A stretch of 62,644 nt of DNA, the filler included, from Globobulimina sp. (taxonomy: Eukaryota): the NCBI GenBank assembly GCA_003354225.1. It is 43 parts of 43 records of this genome, joined end to end, with 100 filler letters (N's around TTAATTAATTAA, not from the genome) between each part and the next. Parts side by side here need not be neighbours in the genome. Positions count along the whole stretch, not along the records: positions 49,623 to 50,980 come from PIVH01017990.1; positions 51,081 to 52,438 come from PIVH01017991.1; positions 52,539 to 53,896 come from PIVH01017992.1; positions 53,997 to 55,354 come from PIVH01017993.1; positions 55,455 to 56,812 come from PIVH01017994.1; positions 56,913 to 58,270 come from PIVH01017995.1; positions 58,371 to 59,728 come from PIVH01017996.1; positions 59,829 to 61,186 come from PIVH01017997.1; 35 more parts are not named here. The stretch is one strand, 5' to 3'. Every line of letters begins with the position of its first letter. Within the stretch, counting starts at the first letter, position 1. Shown here piece by piece: positions 49,861 to 61,286 of the stretch. The notes beneath the pieces are model-generated. The model was not told the origin of the DNA. It searched no databases and was given only the letters and a program-made list of their open reading frames with translations. Both the position numbers and the translations under genes were made by a program.

Positions 49861-50170
49861 AAATACTATTATTATGCGTTTAAATAATAATCAACAAAAG
49901 CAAAAAAAGAAAGAAGTATATATAATATGATTGCGTTTGTGAGACATTGTCCAATCATTTTACTTTATACCTTTTGAGGCTTTTCGATTAAATTGGATTA
50001 CTTTTAAGTTGAGTTATTAATGCACGCGATTATTATGAATGCACACTGTCGTCTATGAGGCCGGGTGAGAACTGATATTAAGATTTTCTTCAAGTGAGCT
50101 AGCTAGTCTCGAACAAGTAAACTCAAAAATTGTGGATGAATTATTAAGTAATACATAACAATATTAACAT

Positions 50171-50980
50171 TCAGTCTGATTGCAGTCGCACAGAGTTCGG
50201 ATTCATACAAATCTCATCCAAGTCCAACAAGTCTACATCACAGTCGTTTCCATTGTTATCATAGTCATATATTTCCATTCCAGGCGTACACGTTTCTGTT
50301 GCCAGCACACCTTCATTTGTACAATTATTAACATCCGTATTTACTCCTTCGTCACGATCACCTGTTGGGGTTAGGACCATTGCTGTTTCTCTCTTATAGT
50401 TACTCTCCACATTCATCGCAATGGGTGCGTTTGTTCCAAATGTATTTATGAATTCAGTTTGTGCCAATTCGATGCTATATTTTGCCATTGGTTCCACCGC
50501 ACTCAGTGCAGAAACGGATTCCACATATTGCAATTGAGCAGGCGTTATATGATAAACTTGAAACGGATCATGAGGGGATTGAGAACTTATACTTCTCACC
50601 GCATCCAATTGCAAATTATGTGCTGAGAATTTAGGTGTATGGCCGGTCTCTTTTTCAAGTGTAGCTGCGGATGAATGTGGTACTTTAAACCTAAGTTTAA
50701 TATAAATTAACACACTAAATAATAGCAGTAAACATAAAATTGAAATTCCAACAATTCCTAATATGACAACTAAATTATATTGTGCTGAATTACCGAGATT
50801 TGCATTATTTTTATCTATCTCATTAGTTGCCGTCGTATCGTCGATAACATCCTCATTGGCACTCGCCATTGCTTCAATAGTAGTGATTATTGTTGTAGTT
50901 ATTGGTGGTGTTGTTGGCTGAGATATTGTTGGCTGAGCAGTTGTTGGCTGGCCAGTTATTGGTGATAGTGTTGGATATGT
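50171..50980 (-). CDS. Type I membrane protein with Pro/Thr stalk (5' partial)
   Basis: QPTT repeats, single TM, cytoplasmic tail. Confidence 0.7.
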   Translation of the reverse strand, partial: TYPTLSPITGQPTTAQPTISQPTTPPITTTIITTIEAMASANEDVIDDTTATNEIDKNNANLGNSAQYNLVVILGIVGISILCLLLLFSVLIYIKLRFKVPHSSAATLEKETGHTPKFSAHNLQLDAVRSISSQSPHDPFQVYHITPAQLQYVESVSALSAVEPMAKYSIELAQTEFINTFGTNAPIAMNVESNYKRETAMVLTPTGDRDEGVNTDVNNCTNEGVLATETCTPGMEIYDYDNNGNDCDVDLLDLDEICMNPNSVRLQSD

Positions 50981-51080
50981 NNNNNNNNNNNNNNNNNNNN
51001 NNNNNNNNNNNNNNNNNNNNNNNNTTAATTAATTAANNNNNNNNNNNNNNNNNNNNNNNNNNNNNNNNNNNNNNNNNNNN

Positions 51081-52438
51081 CGATGCTATCGGCTCCACGG
51101 CCTTGTTGACTGTGATATCGCCCATATCCTCGACGTGTGCCGCGTTTGTTTGGATGCATTTTGGTTTTATAAAGCTGTCGTTCGAGAGTTTGTTGTCGTG
51201 TTTATTAGCTGGCTTGGTGTCCATTACTGGCATGTGCCATACCTGTGATATTTGGGAGGCGTTCATTACTGGCATATTAGCGTCGGTCGTGTATTTTTTT
51301 GCGGCGCGGTTGGTGCGGGTCAAATTGCGTTTGGACGGTGTGTTATTTCATGAAATGTCAGCCATTCTGTATATCTGTAATAATCTGTTTGACAATTTAG
51401 TTAATTACCAGATTCAGTCAGAACTCTGGTAATTAATAATTTCTATATAATAAGTACAGCAGAAACGTTTTAGATTGGTTGTGTTGTACATATGTTACAT
51501 TGACAATGTTTAATTACTTTGTAGCAGAAACGCGTGTTTTTTTGATAAATAATTAGATCCGTTGCAAGTTGTGGCCATTCATTTGTTCTGTGGTGTTTAT
51601 TCCGGAATCGCTGAAGGTATCGTTGGGAATAACGTTTATGGAACACCTGGTTTAATACATGGCACTTTCGGGCATTTTTTTGTTCAGCTCGGCGGCACAT
51701 TATTTGTTCTCGCCTTTAATTTCGTTGTCTCGTTGTTTTTGTGGGATATTGTTTTACTAAAAGTGCTATTTCGTAACCAAGACGTTCGCGTATCCATTTT
51801 AGACATTTATTTGGGAACAAGGTATGATATTTTATGCAATATGCCCTATACACAAATTAAACCTCACAAATCAAGATTATTTGACCAAAATTATGATATG
51901 GCGTTAGATGAAGTGTTGAGTTGTAAATCGAATGCGGGCAAAAGAATGTTGTTCCAATTCCATGAATATGTTTGTGACCGATATGCGTCGGAACAGTTAG
52001 ATTTTTTAATTGTGGTGAAAATCTTTGACAATTATCTAAATAACAAAGACATCCATGATCATAGAACCGTCGCTAAATTCATATTGCAAATCATCGACAC
52101 TTATATCTCCGAAAAGGGCACGCAGTGTATTAATATTTCAGGCACACAAAGATCGATTTTAATGAAGATTCAAAATCAATTAATTTCTGAAATAAAACAT
52201 AGTGAGACACCCGAAAAACTGGAGAAAAAAGAAGAAGGCGACAACTCATTGTCATTGATTTCGTTCCAACCCGGTTTTTATAGTTACGTTATTTTCTTCA
52301 TCGTATAAAATGACGATCAAATCAGTGACAATTCGTACAGAGTCCGGTGGCTGGGATATTCGTAAAGAATCTGTATTTAAACCGGTGTATAACGGGGTGC
52401 GGCGAATTGTGGTTCCTCATTTTACGCAATTTTTGCGA
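51081..52438 (+). CDS. Ammonium transporter (Amt/Mep) fused to a C-terminal RGS domain; introns 51338-51556, 51822-51875 (probable), 52274-52340; partial
   Basis: LLAGLVSITG...KLRLDDPLQVVAIHLFCG...QLGG...VRVS (Amt C-terminal helices), then LDEVL...FHEY...ASEQLDFL..V...IIDTYI....QCINIS..QR and VF...Y..V.....F.QFL (RGS). Confidence 0.85.
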
Positions 52439-52575
52439 NNNNNNNNNNNNNNNNNNNNNNNNNNNNNNNNNNNNNNNNNNNNTTAATTAATTAANNNNNN
52501 NNNNNNNNNNNNNNNNNNNNNNNNNNNNNNNNNNNNNNCAGCGCCACATGGTTTTAACTAATTCTTATATAATGT

Positions 52576-53832
52576 TCAATAATCGTTGTATTTCCAATTC
52601 TTATCCCTCGACCATTCCTCGACGAAGTTATACAAATCTGGACATTTTGGAGCAAAATCTTTGAGGGTAGGGCTTCTTTGAGCAATACTGGAACTAATCG
52701 AAACATACATGTGAAATTCTTTTTTATAATTAGGGTTTTCTATACGACGTCGATTTTTGACGAATTTCCAAATATTACCGTTTCCTCGCAGACTATAGCT
52801 GACCGTCGGTTGAATTCCTTCACTTTCAGCTTCAGAACGTATTTCACTATTCCACTCATAAACCTTTTTAGCTCTTTCTTTAATAATATCTCTTTTGTTC
52901 TTCGACAAATCGGGTCTGATACCGAACCTGATGTACAAACGTTCTTGATGGCTAACACTTTGTTTGAAGAGGACATTGGCCGTTTCGGGAATGAAGCAAT
53001 CCTTGGCATGGTTTCGATGGTATTCCATTATAAGTCTGACAGACCTTACATTGTTTAAAGTTACTTTGATTAGACGCTTCAAATCATCCCTTGGTCGACC
53101 AAGTCGTACAACATCACGAATATCGGTTTCGTCAATTGTAACACCACCCTCAGGTACAAGACCGTCAATGAGATTCGATATCAAGTTATAATCTTTGGCA
53201 ACAGAGCCCGTTTCAGGTACACGAGAGAAAATAAGCACCTTGTTCGCGTCAATATCATTTACGGCGGATTTGACTGTTTCTTTCATTGTCCTAGTCATAG
53301 TTTGTGACATTTCTATGTTTTTCTTTGCAATATCAGCATATGATTCTGATTTGGTATCAAGCGACGATTTTATTTCTTTAATTTGAGAACCAATGTCAGT
53401 TATGACCGATGTTAAAGAGGCAATTTTGGACATAAACTCGTCTTTTGATACGTTGGTAGATGGGTCAGCAGAGGCAGGCGAAACCTGGACATCCATTGGT
53501 GACAATACACGACGATTAGTCAAATCGTTAGTACAGGTGGGACAGAGATATTGCCAGGCATAAGCCGGACTTGTTGAGACCACACATTTATAAAAATTCT
53601 TCTTCTTTTGAGCCATTTTTCCAGCGAACATATTATGACCAGGAAACATATCAAATGCACAGTCAACGCAAACCCAATATGAACAGCCGAGACATCCTAT
53701 CCATTGTTGGTTGAAGGATTTACCCAGTTTATCACAAATCGAACATTTTTCATCGTCCGTCGGAGAAATAGAAAGGGAGGCGACGGGGGGAAAAGGTGGA
53801 ATTTCTTTGTCTATAGAGGGACTTTTTGACAT
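52576..53832 (-). mobile_element. LINE (CR1/L2-like) ORF1 protein with PHD-like finger
   Basis: CSIC..WIGCLGC.YWVCVDC..YLCPTC, coiled coil, SYAD, VLIFSRVPE...RLGR...RLIKV (RRM-like), IRPDLS. Confidence 0.8.
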
Positions 53833-54035
53833 TTTCACAATAATATTGGATGATTTTAGGTCGTGTGAATCGTTTTTAAATTATAACAAGGTATTTNNNN
53901 NNNNNNNNNNNNNNNNNNNNNNNNNNNNNNNNNNNNNNNNTTAATTAATTAANNNNNNNNNNNNNNNNNNNNNNNNNNNNNNNNNNNNNNNNNNNNACTT
54001 AAACTTTAAAGTTTTGAAAAGCTTTAACTAGCATA

Positions 54036-55354
54036 ATGACAACCAAGTACCATGGAAGACATGATTATTCAACATTTTCAGCATCAACAATCAGTACATG
54101 GAAGTTAGAGGATGGTGGAGGAGAGGAAATAAATAGAAATAAACCTTTTTGTTTTTTTGTATTTCATCCCGTCGGACCTTTTAAATGCATTTGGGATATG
54201 TTTGTAATGTGCTTGATTTTATACACATCGATCGAGATACCATACTCAATGTCATTTGGCCAATTAGCTATACTCCAATCAATTGGCTTATTTGTTGATG
54301 GTTTCTTATTGATTGACATAATTATAAATTTCCATACCGCATACTTTGACAAATATGACAATTTACGACTAGTTACCAATAAGCGATATATTTGCAAAAA
54401 GTATTTCTGTGGATGGTTTTGGATTGATTTTGTAACCTGCATTCCCTTGGAATTAATGTTTCAAGATTCTACACAACACCAAAATGATAGCAACGATACA
54501 CAATCCAACGCATTTACATATTTTAAATTACTGCGTATATTCAGATTGTTAAGGATCATAAAGATATTACGCTTTATCAAAATGTTGCGCATATTTGATG
54601 CATTTATGAAACAATTTATGTTTCGGGAACTTATTATATTGATGAAAGTGGCTAAAATTATATTTGGCATGTTGCTCTTCGCCCATTTTGCTGCGTGTTT
54701 GTGGTGGTTTGTTGGTACAAAAACTGAGCCGTCGTGGATTGACAAGCAAGCATTAAGAGATGATCACATATCATTGTTTACGAAATATTCATATTCATTC
54801 TATTGGGCTGTAATCACTTTGTTTACCACTGGTTATGGGGTTAAGTGTTCTGCTTTTCTTCGACATCTGTTGTTGCACACTTTGGCAAAATAAATAAGGA
54901 CATTACGGCAACCAATACTGTCGAACAATGGGTTTGTTCCATAGCTGTTCTTATAGGAACTGTTTTTTTCGCATACTTTATTGGTACATTGACTGCATTG
55001 ATAACCGAAGGCGATAAAATCAAATCATATGAATTAGAAAAGTTAGAAGAGGCTCAATCTTTTTGCGAAAAGAAGAAATTACCAAAAGAGTTGACGCGGG
55101 CAATCCTTACTCATATCAGATATTATTGCAATTACAATTACATCTTTGATGAAGCAGATCTGTTAAATATGTTACCCTCATATTTGCAGCATGACATTCA
55201 CGCTTATGTTTCCAAACAATTTTTATCAAAATTAAAAATATTCAGAAACGAATTTATCCAATTACCTGATTTTATAATTGGTTTAATTGCAGTTAACACA
55301 AAATCACTTTCGTGCAATCAACCTTATAATTTATATGATGTTGGCGACCTTGCC
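54036..55354 (+). CDS. Voltage-gated K+ channel of the cyclic-nucleotide-binding-domain family (KCNH/HCN-like); intron 54840-54898; 3' partial
   Basis: WD...D..INFHTAY, WFWIDF..CIP, S4 with periodic R/K, spliced TTGYGDI filter, C-linker LPSYLQ. Confidence 0.93.
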
Positions 55355-55454
55355 NNNNNNNNNNNNNNNNNNNNNNNNNNNNNNNNNNNNNNNNNNNNTT
55401 AATTAATTAANNNNNNNNNNNNNNNNNNNNNNNNNNNNNNNNNNNNNNNNNNNN

Positions 55455-55878
55455 GTAATGACAGGTTTTGCTGTTGACATTTGAGAACCAATTTTTACTC
55501 TTTGTGATCGATTTTGTAGATATGACTGAAACCAAGAAAGAGTTGTACCTTGTATACCATATTTGGAGAGTTTCGACAGTAGAATAGAATGACGCACACA
55601 GTCGAAGGCTTTACTCATATCCAATAGCAGCAGGGTTGTCAATTTCTTATGTTCCATTCCAACATGAATAAAATCACACACTTTAAGCAAGGCAGTTTCA
55701 GTCGATTTTCCACTTAAAAATCCAAATTGACATTTAGAAGCCAAACGCTCAAAATATGGACGAAACTGGTTAAACACAAGACGTTCAAGAATTTTTCCAA
55801 ATAACCGTAGAAGAGCAATAGGTCGGAAATTTGATGGAAGATCAATTGCACCAGCCTTGTGTAATGGCTTTATAATAG
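55455..55878 (-). mobile_element. Non-LTR retrotransposon reverse transcriptase fragment (CR1/L2-like)
   Basis: NFRPIALL..FGKILE, QFGF..GKSTETALL, LLLDMSKAFD, WFQSYL.NRSQRV. Confidence 0.93.
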
Positions 55879-56532
55879 GGGTCTAACTAATCTCAGTACA
55901 GTATAGCAGTACAGTACAGTATAGCTAAAACTAATCTCAGTACCGCCGTATTCTCAGTATCGCAGCTTTGTGGACTTGAAATGGTCAAATTTAATTTCCC
56001 AATTACAAATTAAAAAATTAAAATATTCAGAAATGTATTTGCGTTCTAACGCCAACGCGAAACGGGATATTTCCTGATTACAAAATTGCGGAAGGACAAT
56101 TTGACAACCAGTCGAAATACCGAAAAACTTTGACATCAAAAAAACACACTTTTAACGAATTTTTTCGAAAAAAATAACTGCACAATCGTGTTTGGGATGT
56201 TCAAATTATGCAAAAAACGAGTTTTTTATAAATTGTTAAGGGTAAAAGTTATAGCTTCTAGTATGTCAGAGACCAAACGGCAGTGACACTTAACGTATGT
56301 TCTAGTGATATGACTGAGAAACATAGTCGATCGGTTTGAATATTTATTTCAGCTAATAAAATGTCCTTAAATACACCGAATACTAGATAACTGGACACGA
56401 GGATGACATTTCTGACAATTATATCCATGCAAAACTTTTAGGTTATTAGTAATTAACGATTATGTTATTATTATCGATTTTTAAGCCTAAGCCTAAGCAA
56501 ATTTGAATTGCCGCGTTTACTTTGATTGAAGA

Positions 56533-56749
56533 AGTATAGTAGGGGCCTTTTCAGGTACAGTACATACAGGTGAGCGACCCGACACGTTAAACATAGTGGT
56601 CATCGTTTGGAGTAAATGCGAGCCGGTCGTCCGCTAAAGGTCCTATCTTTACGTGTGAACCGGCTGGCATTTACTCCAAAAGACGACCGCTATGTTTAAC
56701 ATGTGGGGTCGCTCACAAGTACTGTACCTGAAAAGGCCCCTACTATACT
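56533..56749. mobile_element. 217-bp foldback element (MITE-like)
   Basis: 31-bp perfect terminal IR AGTATAGTAGGGGCCTTTTCAGGTACAGTAC plus ~58 bp of near-matching inner arms. Confidence 0.85.
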
Positions 56750-57328
56750 ACTGATTGATAGGATATATTACGATTTGTACCGCGAAGCCATCTGGCCCCA
56801 TGGGGTCTTTTGNNNNNNNNNNNNNNNNNNNNNNNNNNNNNNNNNNNNNNNNNNNNTTAATTAATTAANNNNNNNNNNNNNNNNNNNNNNNNNNNNNNNN
56901 NNNNNNNNNNNNTTCAACGCAACAAAAATTAGAAAAAAATAAACATATGAATTTGTCCGTTACATATTTGTGTAATGGCGTTTTTTCTATATAGATTTTA
57001 GTGTTTCTCAAAAACTGTTTTTGAGAAACATGTTTATAATATAATACCGTTCCAGAAATATACCGTACAGTTCCATCTAAAATAAGAAGTTAAACGTTTC
57101 TGGTTTGTCTGATGACTCTGATCGATGGTTAGCACGGTGCACTGTGTACAAACTTGTGAAAATGTTGCACTTCTTATTTCGAATAAATGGTGTCGGGATT
57201 CAGTTGGGGCAAATATGTTTCAAAATTTTACCGCTGGTGTGCTTCTTTTGGAAGAGTTACTGCCAACGCTTACTAAACAAATGTCTAAAACTGAAGCTAA
57301 AGAAATGTAATTAAATGTCATATTGCTT

Positions 57329-58270
57329 TTATTTCAACTGCGCAGATGTCGAATCCATTTGTCTAGCGACTTTTATTAATACTTGTCCTTCATCCACAGA
57401 TTCCTCAGCAGACACCACAATATCTGTTATCACGCCATCACACTGTGACCAAACCTCATATAATTGTTTCATGGATTCCACAGATCCCATCATCTGTCCC
57501 TTGCTCACCACATCTCCCACATTCACCAATATCTCAAACACCTTGGCCTGCATTGGCGACTTATGCGTAATCACTGGCGAATCCTCATCGGGTTCAGGCG
57601 CAATCACAATGCCACCTTTTCCTTTCACAAACTCCGGCGCAAATTGCAAATTCACATGTGGTGAATGTGTATAATCATAACGCGTTCCATCATAAAATAC
57701 AGTCACTTTATTATCATAAAAACTAATATTACAATTCACATATTCATCATTCAATTTTACTAATAAATTTTTATTATCCTTACTCAACACCGCATCATTG
57801 ACAATTAATACATTCTTGTCCTCCATTTCAAGCACATACGTATCACTTTCGCCTCGTTTAACCACTGTACAATAACTAACATCATCATCTTCCTTTACAC
57901 CAAATAATCGAATGCATGCTCCACCATTCGAGCCAGTAATAGTACCATTTGTGGTATATCCAATCAACGCATTGTTGTCCAGATTTTGATTATAATATAA
58001 CAAATATCCCAACGATGCAATTGCTGTGCCTTTCTGTAATCCGCCACCAGCGATATCCGCTTTATAATGAAACAAATCATCCTTATAAGCCGGTATAAAA
58101 TCGGTAGTTACACCACCTTTTATAAACGCATCGTGCTTTAACACACGTTTCAAAAATTCAATATTTGTCTGCAATCCAGACACTTCAAACTGCTCCAAAC
58201 AATCATGCATTAACTGCAACGAAGCTCCCCTCACATCATCGTCATTGCCATCGACATGCGTTATCAATTT
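57329..58270 (-). CDS. Biotin-dependent carboxylase alpha subunit (MCC/PCC-like), C-terminal part with biotinyl domain
   Basis: VSGLQTNIEFL...H..F..G.VTTDFI; SPM..KV....V.VGD.V.KGQ....VESMKQ. Confidence 0.88.
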   Translation of the reverse strand, partial: KLITHVDGNDDDVRGASLQLMHDCLEQFEVSGLQTNIEFLKRVLKHDAFIKGGVTTDFIPAYKDDLFHYKADIAGGGLQKGTAIASLGYLLYYNQNLDNNALIGYTTNGTITGSNGGACIRLFGVKEDDDVSYCTVVKRGESDTYVLEMEDKNVLIVNDAVLSKDNKNLLVKLNDEYVNCNISFYDNKVTVFYDGTRYDYTHSPHVNLQFAPEFVKGKGGIVIAPEPDEDSPVITHKSPMQAKVFEILVNVGDVVSKGQMMGSVESMKQLYEVWSQCDGVITDIVVSAEESVDEGQVLIKVARQMDSTSAQLK

Positions 58271-58370
58271 NNNNNNNNNNNNNNNNNNNNNNNNNNNNNN
58301 NNNNNNNNNNNNNNTTAATTAATTAANNNNNNNNNNNNNNNNNNNNNNNNNNNNNNNNNNNNNNNNNNNN

Positions 58371-58823
58371 GGATATGGAGAATTTGACAATTTTAATGAG
58401 TATGTACATTATTTTGATGTCTATGCATTGGATTTAGAGAGTTGGTTTGTAGAAACTGATATTTTTATAGAATGTAGCGCACAAATCGAGGATTTACCAT
58501 TTAAAATGTGTATGAAAGCAGTGAGTGATAATGGTGATATTGAGATATTTTTACACTTTGAGAAAGATGTGAATGATATGTATGAGATTGACGAAACATA
58601 TTCGTTTCAAATAAAGGAATATATTGATAATGCATTTGAACATAATACATTTTCATTTTCTGAGGATGCCAATTGGGATGAAATTAGTGTGATATATTTG
58701 AATGATAATATGAAATGGATTAAAAAATGTAGTTACAAATTAATAATCGCTAAAGTATGTATTGAACAATTCGACGAGGAACATCACACTGCGACCATAC
58801 AATTCAAATCAAAACATAATTAA
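58371..58823 (+). CDS. Acidic hypothetical protein C-terminus
   Basis: Open frame from the contig edge; convergent with the PTH gene. Confidence 0.45.
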   Translation, partial: GYGEFDNFNEYVHYFDVYALDLESWFVETDIFIECSAQIEDLPFKMCMKAVSDNGDIEIFLHFEKDVNDMYEIDETYSFQIKEYIDNAFEHNTFSFSEDANWDEISVIYLNDNMKWIKKCSYKLIIAKVCIEQFDEEHHTATIQFKSKHN

Positions 58824-58909
58824 TTTGTTTTTTGTGTATTATAAAAATCATAAATTGTTCGATTTTGTGTGGTATTATCCTTGCACTTTACTTTGTTTTT
58901 TTTTCAAGA

Positions 58910-59728
58910 CTATTTTTGTTGATCAAATCTGGGATCAATTTGCTCATCCTCTTTGGAACCAGGCCAATATCCCTCAGCCGGTAGCAAGTATGGTTTATAA
59001 TATTTGAGCTGTGGATCATTTTTAAGCGTATCCGCATTTATAGGCACATGTTCTGTTTCTGCCAACACAGTATTTAATAAATGAAATAACATTGAATCGA
59101 AAACATCCGAATATAATATCTGTTTTTCACGCAATGTCCATGGATTTGTGATATATTTTGGCAACAATTCATGACGCGGCGGTGTGCCAATTCCAATTCT
59201 AAATCTATAAAATGAATGACCACAGTATTCCATAATGGATGCAATGGCCGGATGTCCGCTGTTTTTGTTGCGGTGTAAGTTATAATTGAAATTTCCAATA
59301 ATTTCACATATATAAACATACCACGAACCAAAGCCTCTCTGATGTCTCCAGGTTCCAAATTTTGTAAACAAACAGTCCTGAATGAAGACACAATCTCCAA
59401 TGGATAGTTCCATTTCATTCATTAACTTTGCAATGGTCGGTCCGTACATATTCATGTAACGGCTTGGTTTCACCAACAGCATTTTCCCGTTATTAAAATA
59501 ACTCAATTCACATTCTAGCTTTTCATTTTTGGTCCATTGCAGATTCATTTTATTTGCAAAGAAATCAATCCAATCTCTACCGACATTGTGACGAATATCC
59601 TTATAGTTATCGCCAGGATTTCCGACTCCGATGTATACTCTGGGCATATTTTGCAAAGGTTTCCATATTCGTTTCTTTGTTCTGCCGCTGATGCCAGTCT
59701 TCCAACGAATGCCACCTCGCACAGAAGA
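58910..59728 (-). CDS. Peptidyl-tRNA hydrolase (Pth1 type, probably mitochondrial); intron 59259-59321
   Basis: GVGNPG..Y...RHNVG, KP..YMN, RFRIGIG.P; removing the 63-nt intron restores GSCGH; basic N-terminal extension. Confidence 0.88.
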   Translation of the reverse strand, partial: SSVRGGIRWKTGISGRTKKRIWKPLQNMPRVYIGVGNPGDNYKDIRHNVGRDWIDFFANKMNLQWTKNEKLECELSYFNNGKMLLVKPSRYMNMYGPTIAKLMNEMELSIGDCVFIQDCLFTKFGTWRHQRGFGSWYVYICEIIGNFNYNLHRNKNSGHPAIASIMEYCGHSFYRFRIGIGTPPRHELLPKYITNPWTLREKQILYSDVFDSMLFHLLNTVLAETEHVPINADTLKNDPQLKYYKPYLLPAEGYWPGSKEDEQIDPRFDQQK

Positions 59729-59828
59729 NNNNNNNNNNNNNNNNNNNNNNNNNNNNNNNNNNNNNNNNNNNNTTAATTAATTAANNNNNNNNNNNNNNNN
59801 NNNNNNNNNNNNNNNNNNNNNNNNNNNN

Positions 59829-59972
59829 GAATCCTCAAAATCCGCACAATTCAAAATCCTCACAATCCACAAAATGCACAAAATTCCTAAAGCCTCAAGA
59901 TTCGCATAATCCTCAAAATTCGCAAAATCCACACAATTGCAAAATCCACACAATTCGCAAAATTCACAAAAT
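59829..59972 (+). repeat. Degenerate ~9-nt tandem repeat (AATCCNCAN)
   Basis: AATCCTCAA AATCCGCAC AATTC... repeated roughly 15 times. Confidence 0.7.
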
Positions 59973-60442
59973 ATAAAATAATATAATCATTATAATCATT
60001 ATTCCACATTATTCCAGTATAAGCCATATACATATATTTAATTTCAAAAAAACTTTTTACGCTTTAATTTCAAACTAAATCTTGACAAAGGCATTATTTT
60101 GCAGAAACGTCGGTTTTCAAACTCGTACATATACTGATTCGAAAATTAGCCATCTCTAGAAATCACCAAAACAAATATATATATTAAAAAAAAAAAAAAG
60201 AGATGGTCACTTTTCTCCTGATTAAAAAAGAGATGGTTGTATACTTTGAACGAATGAATTTTAGAAATTCATAAACTATATCGCATGGATTTTGACTTGG
60301 TTGCTGTGGCAGTTGTTTTGGTAATTTGCCGTTAGTCATCCATCCTATCACACAGTTTTTGAAAATTTACATAATTCTTCACAATCTCCTTCCTTCTCAA
60401 TCTCCACCTAACAACAGCAACACATTCGTGCCATATAAAATC

Positions 60443-61186
60443 ATGAGCAAGAAAGGGAAGAAGAAAGGTGGCGGCGAAGCAGTTTATGTCAAGATCGCGG
60501 AGAAATTGCTTGCCTCCGATTGGGAGTCAGTGTATAAAGAATTAGACGCTGGTTCCAAGAAGAAATTATTTGTCGTTTTAGATAAAAAAAAAGAGATCTT
60601 AAAGAAAAGAAAAGCCGCCGCCAAAAAGGGCACCGGCCAGAAGAAATCCAAAGGCGACGAGAAGAAGGACGATGGCGGGCGGCGCGGTCGCAAAATTATG
60701 TACAATTTCGGTTCCCGTAAATTACAAGTCTTGAAGCCAAGCCGTGGTTATCCCGACAAAAAGACCGCTAAACGCTCCGTGGAGGGCAAATTAAAATTAT
60801 TTTACGCGCATGGTTACAGCGGCAATTTTGACGAGTCGCGCCAGAACATTTATTTGTCGCAAGATGGCAAGTTCTTGTTATATTATATCGCGGCGGTAGT
60901 GATCGTGTTTGATTATGCCGCAAATACGCAACGTTTCTTCACCAAGCACAACGACGACATTACGACCATTTGCATCTCTCCCACCAAAACGTGGTGTGCT
61001 TCGGGCCAGAAAGACCCCAAAGACGAGCCCGGTAAAGGCAAGGATTTGCCCAAGATCTATGTGTGGAATTACAAGACGCTTAAAAACGTGCAGTTGCTCG
61101 ACAACATCTGTTGGGGCAAAATCGCGCGCGTCCAATGGTCGAAGCCGTCGACTTATTTATACTGCGTTTGCGGCGATGCTGACCAG
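60443..61186 (+). CDS. EML/EMAP-like microtubule-associated protein (HELP + WD40), 3' partial
   Basis: LKL.YAHGY.G...RQNIY......YYIAAVVIV.D....QRFF..HNDDI. Confidence 0.9.
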
Positions 61187-61286
61187 NNNNNNNNNNNNNN
61201 NNNNNNNNNNNNNNNNNNNNNNNNNNNNNNTTAATTAATTAANNNNNNNNNNNNNNNNNNNNNNNNNNNNNNNNNNNNNNNNNNNN

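Noticed and set aside
59829-59972. Telomeric repeat at the contig end
   Set aside because: Units are too degenerate and look like decayed N-P-Q coding repeats.
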